The notes under the pieces are model-generated. The model had not been told where the DNA came from. It did not search any database and saw only the letters and a list, made by a program, of their open reading frames with translations. Below are positions 1 to 5,991 of a stretch of 10,060 bases of DNA, one piece after another (the first letter of the stretch is position 1; each line of letters starts with the position of its first letter). A program made the translations under genes and the position numbers. The DNA comes from Candidatus Woesearchaeota archaeon (GTDB lineage: Archaea; Nanobdellota; Nanobdellia; Nanobdellales; Nanobdellaceae), in the NCBI GenBank assembly GCA_964468425.1, contig CAYXSZ010000095.1, positions 1 through 10,060 on the forward strand, read 5' to 3'.

Positions 1-29
1 ACAAATACTTATAAAGTTATCGGTATAGG

Positions 30-56
30 ACACACACCCCTTTCCTCATGGAAATT
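30..56 (-). repeat. ORB-like origin recognition box, left copy (reverse orientation)
   Basis: Sequence is acacacacccc-tttcctcatggaaatt. It contains the dyad TTTCC-n4-GGAAA next to a C4 (G-string) tract. Its reverse complement aligns with 168-195: shared TTCCAT..GGA..GGGGTGTGTGT, about 22 of 27 positions by hand alignment. Confidence 0.6.
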
Positions 57-80
57 TCATTCAGGTATATATTTGGAGAA

Positions 81-138
81 TTCTTATTACTATTAACTAG
101 TAATTAATAATAACATATAATATTATAAAAATTTATTT
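81..138. other. A/T-rich stretch, candidate duplex unwinding element
   Basis: ttcttattactattaactagtaattaataataacatataatattataaaaatttattt. It is far more A/T-rich than the rest of the window and sits between the two inverted ORB-like boxes. Confidence 0.5.
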
Positions 139-167
139 GGCTCTATCCTCGAATGCTATCTTATCTG

Positions 168-195
168 AACTTCCATCCGGATGGGGGGTGTGTGT
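168..195 (+). repeat. ORB-like origin recognition box, right copy
   Basis: Sequence is aacttccatccggatggggggtgtgtgt. It contains a perfect 12-bp palindrome ccatccggatgg (173-184) followed by a G6 tract and (TG)n. It is the inverted partner of 30-56. Confidence 0.6.
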
Positions 196-210
196 TGTTT
201 TTTAGAAATT

Positions 211-218
211 TTTATAAA
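211..218 (+). promoter_or_regulatory. TATA-like box upstream of orc1 (alternative box at 257-264)
   Basis: tttataaa lies about 27-30 nt upstream of TTG 245. A second TATA-like cttataac (257-264) lies about 26 nt upstream of ATG 287. I cannot tell from sequence which one is used. Confidence 0.4.
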
Positions 219-286
219 CATTTTGCAAAACTCTTTTAAGTTAGTTGCAGCTCAAGGCTTATAACCCTACAGTGCTTACATCACAT

Positions 287-1519
287 ATGCGTGATCACAA
301 GATTACTGAGTTCTTCGAAATTTGTTTAGATTCCTTCCTTCAGCGTAAAACTATTGTAAGAGACCCTCTTTATCTTTCAGACGCTTGGATTCCTGAGCAA
401 ATTAAACATAGAGAACGCGAAATAACCCTTATATTCAAGTACCTAACCCCTTTAATTAAAGGACAGAAAGCTCCAAATTTACTTCTTTATGGACCAACTG
501 GAAGTGGAAAAACACTCTCAGCTCGATTTTTTGGAAAGCAAATTGAGAAAATTTACTCTCTTCGTAAAATCCCAGTGCGTTTTGTTTATATTAACTGTAG
601 GTTCTACGGAAACAAATCAGGAGTTTTTCACTACGTTCTCCGTGAAATGCTATCTCAAATTACTGGAAAACCCTTAAAAGAAGGTATTAAGAACGCAGAA
701 ATGTTGAATCAATTGTTTACATACTTATCTGAAAAGAGACTTCGGGTGGTTGTTGTCTTTGACGAAATAGATTCTCTAGTCAAAAACACACGAGAAGACG
801 ATTTCTTGTATATGATTACCCGCGATGATCATATTTTGGGAAGAAATTCTATGTCTTTCATCGGAATATCGAATACTTTAGATTATTTGCGAGTTTTGGA
901 CGCTAGAACTCTTTCTTCTCTGAACTCTACAAAAATTGGATTTAAACCTTATGACGCGAAGCAACTCTACGATATTTTACTAGATCGGGCAAGGTTGGCT
1001 CTAGAAAAAGAATCTTATACTACTGAAATAATCAGTTATATCTCTGCGTGGGTTGCAAAAGAATCTGGTGACGCCCGAAAAGCTATTAGTATATTAAGAT
1101 TGGCAGCTAATTTAGCAGACATCGAAGATTCTCAAAGAATCACAATAGATCATGTAAATCGAGCTATAGAGGGTTATGACCTCGACGCATTCGTTTCTAT
1201 TGTAGAAACTCTTACAACTCACTTTAAACTAATAATCTTAGCTCTTCTTAAGCTTCAGATAGATTTGGGGTCGGAAACTTTTGTAGAAATTCCTAGACTT
1301 TTTTCAGAATACATAAAGCTTTGCGATGAATACGGGCTTCGTCCTCTCAGCAGAGATAATTTTAACAAGAAAATTAAGCAGCTAGAAACATTTTTGGGAG
1401 ATTATTTAGAAAGCTATATAAAGAGTTTTGGAAAAGAGGGAAGGAAAAAAGTAGTTAGAATAAATTTGGATTCGAATAAGGCTAAGAAGGTAATCAGCCA
1501 GATTTACGAGTTGCTATGA
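287..1519 (+). CDS. orc1: Orc1/Cdc6 replication initiator (AAA+ ATPase with C-terminal winged helix)
   Basis: Walker A LLLYGPTGSGKT, Walker B VVVFDEID, sensor-1-like FIGISNT, sensor-2 GDARKAI, and the N-terminal YxP..HRE-like segment (WIPEQIKHRERE). The start is uncertain. The ORF opens at TTG 245, but the first ATG is 287 and has a TATA-like cttataac at 257-264, about 26 nt upstream. The stop at 1519 is fixed. Confidence 0.93.
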   Translation: MRDHKITEFFEICLDSFLQRKTIVRDPLYLSDAWIPEQIKHREREITLIFKYLTPLIKGQKAPNLLLYGPTGSGKTLSARFFGKQIEKIYSLRKIPVRFVYINCRFYGNKSGVFHYVLREMLSQITGKPLKEGIKNAEMLNQLFTYLSEKRLRVVVVFDEIDSLVKNTREDDFLYMITRDDHILGRNSMSFIGISNTLDYLRVLDARTLSSLNSTKIGFKPYDAKQLYDILLDRARLALEKESYTTEIISYISAWVAKESGDARKAISILRLAANLADIEDSQRITIDHVNRAIEGYDLDAFVSIVETLTTHFKLIILALLKLQIDLGSETFVEIPRLFSEYIKLCDEYGLRPLSRDNFNKKIKQLETFLGDYLESYIKSFGKEGRKKVVRINLDSNKAKKVISQIYELL

Positions 1520-3147
1520 GCGATATCGTAAAGGAACTTTGGAATAAGGGCTTCATAGTATCTGCGGACGCTGCAGAGGTTTTAAAAAAGATAAAAGTAG
1601 ACGTTGAAAAGCTATTTAAAGAGTTAGAGTCGAGTGGTTCTACTGTTGTAACGAGGCAAATAATTGAAAAAGTAATTAATGTAAAGAAACCAGAATCTCA
1701 AAAAGTAATCACTCAAAAATCGAAGGTAACTACTAAAGGGGAAGGTATTCTTAAGTTCTTTGGTCAACAGGAAAAAGTCACTATAAAAATTAAAAAAGAA
1801 GTAACTGTAGAAGTTCGTAAAGAGTTGCTTAAAAAACCTACTGAGGAAATAAATGTAAATCGTCAAGTAGAAATCATTTTACCTAGGAAAAGACATGTTG
1901 GCGAAGAACTTGAGCTATCTGTTGATGTTATTAAAAATTATAAGTTGTCTAGGCACGAAATAACTGTGAATACTTGGGCTTCTTACTTTCGCGCTCGTCT
2001 ACGGCATATTAAGAATCTTCTCAAGAATCACTCCGAGCTGGGTTTTTTCGTGTCTTTCGATAACTTAAAAGGGGGAGAAGATATTTCCGTAGCTGGTTTA
2101 GTTCGCGATAAGAGATATTCACAAAAAGGTATCATATTTGTTCTTGAAGATGGTAAAGGCCTTCTCAAGGTTTTCGTTTCAAACGATCTAGAGAACTTCG
2201 AAGAGATAAATTCCGTTCCTTTAGACTCTGTTATCGGTGTTATAGGAAAATACGATGAAGATCGAAATATGTTGTTTGCGGACCAGGTTTTCTACCCAGA
2301 CATTCCATATAAAAACATTAAGCGAGGAGAAGACGATATCTGGATAGCTTTTACAGGAGATTTTCAGATAGGGAATAAGAAGTTTTTGAAAAAGCAGTTC
2401 GAAAACTTCATAAAATGGTTGAAAGGGGAATACGGTTCAAGAAAGGAAAGAGAAATCTCTAGAAAGCTAGGATATCTTGTAATAGCAGGAGATCTCGTGG
2501 ACGGTGTGGGTATTTATCCTAATCAGCAAGAGGAACTAGAATTAATTACAATTGAAGACCAATACGCTGCTATGGAAAAGTATTTCCTAGAGATTCCAGA
2601 GCACGTTCAGGTTATCGTAATCCCCGGAAACCACGATGCGGTGCGGCTCGCGGAGCCACAGCCATCTATTCCTGAGGAGTTTCTACCCGAGACATATCAT
2701 TTGAACAACTTTTATTATTTATCTAACCCTTGCTATGTTAAGCTTCACAACCTTCTCACCGTTCTGGTTTATCACGGCTATTCGATGGATTGGTTCGTTT
2801 CGGAAATTCCCATAATCAGGGACAAAGGTGGATATAACAAGCCTGCAGAAATTATGAAGTTTATGCTGATGCTTCGCCACCTTTGTCCGACTCACGGCTC
2901 GAATCCTTATTTACCCTATCCTGACAAGGATCCTTTAGTAATAGACCCCGTCCCAGATGTTTTCGTTACAGGACATATTCACAGAACAGATTACGCTATC
3001 TACAAGGGTGTAGAATTGATAAACGCTTCTTGCTTTCAGGATATCACTCAGTATCAAATCGAGCTCGGTCATGTTCCCGATCCTGGTAAGGTAATCCTTC
3101 GAAACATCAAAACAGGAGAAGTGAAAATATTGTCTTTCCTGAACTAA
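1516..3147 (+). CDS. dp1: DNA polymerase II (PolD) small subunit DP1, Mre11-like calcineurin-fold 3'-5' exonuclease subunit
   Basis: Phosphoesterase motifs IAGDLVDGVGIYP, PGNHDAVRLAEPQP, YHGYS and TGHIHRT. An OB-fold-like middle region is present. The N-terminal helical domain is followed by a K/E/V-rich linker. The ATG overlaps the orc1 stop (ATGA at 1516-1519). Motif I reads GDFQIG instead of the usual D-x-H. Confidence 0.93.
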   Translation: MSDIVKELWNKGFIVSADAAEVLKKIKVDVEKLFKELESSGSTVVTRQIIEKVINVKKPESQKVITQKSKVTTKGEGILKFFGQQEKVTIKIKKEVTVEVRKELLKKPTEEINVNRQVEIILPRKRHVGEELELSVDVIKNYKLSRHEITVNTWASYFRARLRHIKNLLKNHSELGFFVSFDNLKGGEDISVAGLVRDKRYSQKGIIFVLEDGKGLLKVFVSNDLENFEEINSVPLDSVIGVIGKYDEDRNMLFADQVFYPDIPYKNIKRGEDDIWIAFTGDFQIGNKKFLKKQFENFIKWLKGEYGSRKEREISRKLGYLVIAGDLVDGVGIYPNQQEELELITIEDQYAAMEKYFLEIPEHVQVIVIPGNHDAVRLAEPQPSIPEEFLPETYHLNNFYYLSNPCYVKLHNLLTVLVYHGYSMDWFVSEIPIIRDKGGYNKPAEIMKFMLMLRHLCPTHGSNPYLPYPDKDPLVIDPVPDVFVTGHIHRTDYAIYKGVELINASCFQDITQYQIELGHVPDPGKVILRNIKTGEVKILSFLN

Positions 3148-3156
3148 AGCAAAAAG

Positions 3157-3166
3157 ATTATAAATA
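3157..3166 (+). promoter_or_regulatory. TATA-like box for the rpoL transcription unit
   Basis: attataaata is centred about 26 nt upstream of ATG 3187. No Shine-Dalgarno-like sequence is present, which is consistent with a leaderless or near-leaderless mRNA. Confidence 0.5.
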
Positions 3167-3167
3167 A

Positions 3168-3173
3168 TTTTTT
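3168..3173 (+). terminator. Oligo-T tract, possible terminator of the orc1-dp1 unit
   Basis: A T6 run lies 21 nt after the dp1 stop. Archaeal RNAP terminates at oligo-T tracts. Confidence 0.35.
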
Positions 3174-3186
3174 ACTTTAATAGGAA

Positions 3187-3459
3187 ATGATATCTAAAGA
3201 GACTGAAAAGGAATTAGAGCTCGTTTTCGAGAATGAGAAGCCAACAGTCTTCCTGCTACTCAAAGAAGAGCTTGACAAGCGTCCTGAGGTTGTTATTTGC
3301 GCCTGGAGAGAAGAGCATCCCCTAACCAAAAAAGTTTATTTTTACATAAGGACTGATGGCTCAAAGAAACCTAGAGAAGTTCTTTTAGAGGCAATTCAAT
3401 CCGCTTTAAAGCGCGTAGACTCTTTCGAAAAGACTTATAAAAAAGTTGTGAAGCTATGA
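3187..3459 (+). CDS. rpoL: DNA-directed RNA polymerase subunit L (Rpo11, Rpb11 homologue)
   Basis: 90 aa. The pattern ...VFLLLKEEL....PEV.ICAWREEHPL...VYFYIRTDGSKKPREVLLEAI... matches the RpoL/Rpo11 signature (N.L...L...V.FA.Y...HPL......I.TDGS..P...L..A.), and the size is typical. The usual EDHT segment reads EKPT here. Confidence 0.75.
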   Translation: MISKETEKELELVFENEKPTVFLLLKEELDKRPEVVICAWREEHPLTKKVYFYIRTDGSKKPREVLLEAIQSALKRVDSFEKTYKKVVKL

Positions 3460-5285
3460 TCAAGGAAGCTAAGGTAACTCTTGATACTTCAGTTCTCATA
3501 GATAAAATAACCTCCGAACTTCTAAAATCGGGAGAACTTGAGGTAAAGGAGATCGTCGTTCCGATTGCAGCTGTTGAGGAGCTCCAACACCAAGCAAACA
3601 CAGGGAGAGATACTGGTTTCTTTGGGTTAGATGAAATAAAAACTCTTCAAAGAATTTGTTCAGAGAATAATATTACTCTTAAATTTGCTGGAAGGAGACC
3701 TACTCCGGATGAAATTCGTATGGCAAAGTTGGGAGCTATAGATTACTTGATAATCGACGTTGCGAAATCTGAGAATTCAGCTCTATTTACCTCTGATCGA
3801 GTTATGTATGAAGTTTCGACTGCTCTCGGGATAAAAACATACTACTTTGGGAAGCTACCCTCTCCTAAGGAAAAACTGAGATTTGAGGAGTTTTTTGACC
3901 CTCAAACAGCTTCAGTTCACATAAAAGAAGGTACAACTGTTAAGAGAAAGAAAGGTTTTCCGGGAAATTGGATTCTCGAAGATGTTGGGATTTCCTTATC
4001 CAGAAGGGAGATTGAAGAACTCATTAACGAAATTCTAGTCTCCGCACGGCTTAGAGATGATGGGTTCATTGAGATCTCGCGAGAGAACAGCTATATAGTT
4101 CAATTGGGAACTTACAGAATCGTAATTGTTGAACCCCCAGCTTCAGATGGGTATGAAATTACTATCGTAAAACCTCTCAAGAAGTTATCTCTTAACGATT
4201 ACAAGATTGATTCTAAACTTCTTAAAAGACTCGAAGAAAAGGCGGAGGGAATCGTTGTGGCAGGAAGACCAGGTTCGGGTAAAACTACGTTTGTTCAAGC
4301 ATTGGCTGAGTGGTATTTATCTAAAGGAAAAGTTGTAAAGACGCTCGAATCCCCGAGGGACTTAAACGTGTCCGAAGATATAACGCAGTACTCAAAAAAC
4401 TTCACCACTTCTGAAGAGATTCACGACATTCTTCTATTAGCTCGCCCAGATTATGTAGTCTTCGACGAAATGAGAGACACTCCCGACTTCGAGCTCTATA
4501 AAGATCTTAGACTTGCTGGGGTTGGTATGGTTGGTGTAGTCCATGCTGAGAGACCTATTGATGCCATTCAGAGATTCATTCCCAGAACAGAACTTGGTTT
4601 GATCCCTCAAATTGTAGATACAGTTATCTTCATCGAAAATGGAGAAATTTCTCAAGTCTACGAACTTTCCCTTGTAGTGAAAGTCCCGACTGGCATGTTT
4701 ATGGAAGACCTCGCGAGACCAGTTGTCGAAGTCCGTGATTTATTTACTGGAGAACTTAAATACGAGCTTTATACTTTTGGAGAGGAAATTGTAGTGGTTC
4801 CCGTATCCGAACAAGTTAAGGAACCCTCTCCTATCGAAAAACTCGCTGCAAAGCTAATTGAACGCGAGATTAAACACCTTCTCAAAATTTCCGATGTAAA
4901 AGTGGAAATTCTTTCAGACAACCTGGTTGCCGTCTATGTTCCCGAAAGAGCGCGTTCTAAGTTGATTGGGAAGAAAGGTAGGCGAATAGAAAAACTTGAA
5001 AGGCTCTTCGGCTTGAGAATCCGAGTTAAAAGCTTAGAGGAAAAGGAAACCTTCGCTGGAGAGGAAATTCCATACGAACTCGAAGACGAAGGGAAATACT
5101 TAGTTTTCTATGTAGATCCTAGATTTTCGAGGAGAAATGTTTCGATATATATTGAAGATAAATTAATTATGGTTGCAACGGTTAGTAAAAAAGGAAAGAT
5201 TCGCATTCTCAAGAATAGCGATGTAGGAAGGATCATTCAAACTGCTATTCAGTTGGGAAAATCGATCAAACTGATACTTTCCTAA
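3456..5285 (+). CDS. PIN domain + PilT/VirB11-like P-loop ATPase + C-terminal KH domain protein (COG1855-type archaeal ATPase)
   Basis: N-terminal PIN-like acidic residues (TLDTSVLID, AAVEELQ, FTSDRV). Walker A AGRPGSGKTT and Walker B VVFDEMRD. C-terminal KH GxxG motif LIGKKGRRIEKLERLFG. The ATG overlaps the rpoL stop (ATGA at 3456-3459). Confidence 0.88.
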   Translation: MIKEAKVTLDTSVLIDKITSELLKSGELEVKEIVVPIAAVEELQHQANTGRDTGFFGLDEIKTLQRICSENNITLKFAGRRPTPDEIRMAKLGAIDYLIIDVAKSENSALFTSDRVMYEVSTALGIKTYYFGKLPSPKEKLRFEEFFDPQTASVHIKEGTTVKRKKGFPGNWILEDVGISLSRREIEELINEILVSARLRDDGFIEISRENSYIVQLGTYRIVIVEPPASDGYEITIVKPLKKLSLNDYKIDSKLLKRLEEKAEGIVVAGRPGSGKTTFVQALAEWYLSKGKVVKTLESPRDLNVSEDITQYSKNFTTSEEIHDILLLARPDYVVFDEMRDTPDFELYKDLRLAGVGMVGVVHAERPIDAIQRFIPRTELGLIPQIVDTVIFIENGEISQVYELSLVVKVPTGMFMEDLARPVVEVRDLFTGELKYELYTFGEEIVVVPVSEQVKEPSPIEKLAAKLIEREIKHLLKISDVKVEILSDNLVAVYVPERARSKLIGKKGRRIEKLERLFGLRIRVKSLEEKETFAGEEIPYELEDEGKYLVFYVDPRFSRRNVSIYIEDKLIMVATVSKKGKIRILKNSDVGRIIQTAIQLGKSIKLILS

Positions 5286-5290
5286 CCCGA

Positions 5291-5304
5291 TAATTTTTAA
5301 TAAG
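5291..5304 (+). promoter_or_regulatory. TATA-like box (with embedded T5) between the PIN-ATPase gene and the membrane-protein gene
   Basis: taatttttaataag is centred about 27 nt upstream of ATG 5326. The T5 at 5294-5298 could also terminate the upstream unit. Confidence 0.4.
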
Positions 5305-5325
5305 TTCTCAAGATAAATTAAGTCA

Positions 5326-5961
5326 ATGGGGATCTTTGAAAGTGTAAAATATGGGTTTGTAGGTTACAAAGAGAAAATTGGTGATGGTCTGCTATGCAGC
5401 ATTGCACTAGTTCTTGCAGGTTTGTTGTTCTTTATACCATTCATAGGTCCAGTTATCTTTAGCTACGTTTATATAAAGCTGCTTCGAAAAATCGCGGAGA
5501 TTTGGGAATTAACTAGGGGGAAAATGGACGATAAGGAAGCTTTTAAAGCTGCTTTAATTATCCTGGGCGTTCCAGGAATCCTATTTTGGGTTCTCTTAAT
5601 AGATATTATATTTAGCTTGTTTCACTATATATCCACAGGCGAAGAACAAATAATCTTAATGATACTGCCTAAACTATTTGTAGTAATTGCTGTCGCGTTT
5701 ATCTTGCAGCTACTCTTCTACGGACCTTTCATAAACTTAGTAGTTGGAAAAGCCTCGAAACTGTATTGTAGCGTTGGAGAAAGTCTAAGGATGATAATAG
5801 TGAACTTCTTAGCAGCCCTCCTGATTGGTTTCGTAATAGGTGTAATAGCAGCGATTATTCACTTAATAAATCCAGTAGCAGCTAGCATCTTCAAGCTTGT
5901 AGAGATCTTCGTATCAGTTATTCCAGTTTTAGCAACCATACACTACGCGGCAAATCAATGA
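5326..5961 (+). CDS. Integral membrane protein of unknown function (about 5-6 predicted TM helices)
   Basis: 211 aa with long hydrophobic runs (LLCSIALVLAGLLFFIPFIGPVIFSYVYI, ALIILGVPGILFWVLLIDIIFSLF, LFVVIAVAFILQLLFYGPF, IIVNFLAALLIGFVIGVIAAIIHLI, IFVSVIPVLATI). The N-terminal layout loosely recalls DUF4013-type proteins; this is from memory only and low confidence. It has its own TATA-like box and fills the whole gap between flanking genes. Confidence 0.7.
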   Translation: MGIFESVKYGFVGYKEKIGDGLLCSIALVLAGLLFFIPFIGPVIFSYVYIKLLRKIAEIWELTRGKMDDKEAFKAALIILGVPGILFWVLLIDIIFSLFHYISTGEEQIILMILPKLFVVIAVAFILQLLFYGPFINLVVGKASKLYCSVGESLRMIIVNFLAALLIGFVIGVIAAIIHLINPVAASIFKLVEIFVSVIPVLATIHYAANQ

Positions 5962-5975
5962 TTTTTTATTTTTAT
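5962..5975 (+). promoter_or_regulatory. T6-A-T5-AT tract: likely terminator of the upstream gene and TATA-like box for ABCE1
   Basis: ttttttatttttat begins immediately after the stop at 5961. It is centred about 25 nt upstream of ATG 5992. Confidence 0.4.
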
Positions 5976-5991
5976 CTTCCACTGATTTTTA

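Larger units (their letters stand above)
30..195. other. Putative chromosomal replication origin (oriC): inverted ORB-like repeats flanking an A/T-rich unwinding element
   Basis: Two inverted copies of an ORB-like element (30-56 and 168-195) flank an almost pure A/T stretch (81-138, 5 G/C in 58 nt by my count). The region lies directly upstream of orc1/cdc6, the usual location of archaeal origins. Confidence 0.6.

Noticed and set aside
48-107. 19-codon mini-ORF (MEISFRYIFGEFLLLLTSN) starting inside the left ORB box
   Set aside because: It is too short to evaluate. It starts within the ORB dyad and runs into the A/T-rich core, so it is most simply a chance ORF in origin DNA.
489-677. 62-aa + strand ORF inside orc1 in another frame
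   Set aside because: It is fully nested in the well-supported Orc1/Cdc6 frame across the Walker A region. It has no motifs, and an ORF of this size is expected by chance.
1624-1866. 80-aa minus-strand ORF rich in F/Y/L
   Set aside because: It is the antisense of the K/E/V-rich linker of DP1. The absence of stop codons is a by-product of AAA/GAA-rich codons on the sense strand.
2645-2657. GC-rich mini-hairpin GGCTC-gcg-GAGCC in dp1
   Set aside because: The stem is only 5 bp. It lies in codons for the highly conserved AVRLAEPQP segment, whose Ala/Arg/Pro codons explain the local G+C spike.
3371-3601. 76-aa minus-strand ORF spanning the rpoL / PIN-ATPase junction
   Set aside because: It is antisense to two genes that both have recognisable motifs. 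It has no promoter-like element or motifs of its own.
3456-3900. PIN domain as a possible VapC-type toxin of a toxin-antitoxin pair
   Set aside because: The PIN domain is covalently fused to a PilT-like ATPase and a KH domain in one 609-aa protein. The upstream small gene is RpoL rather than an antitoxin-like DNA-binding protein.
4437-4655. 72-aa minus-strand ORF inside the PIN-ATPase-KH gene
   Set aside because: It is antisense to the conserved Walker B region of the ATPase and has no independent support.
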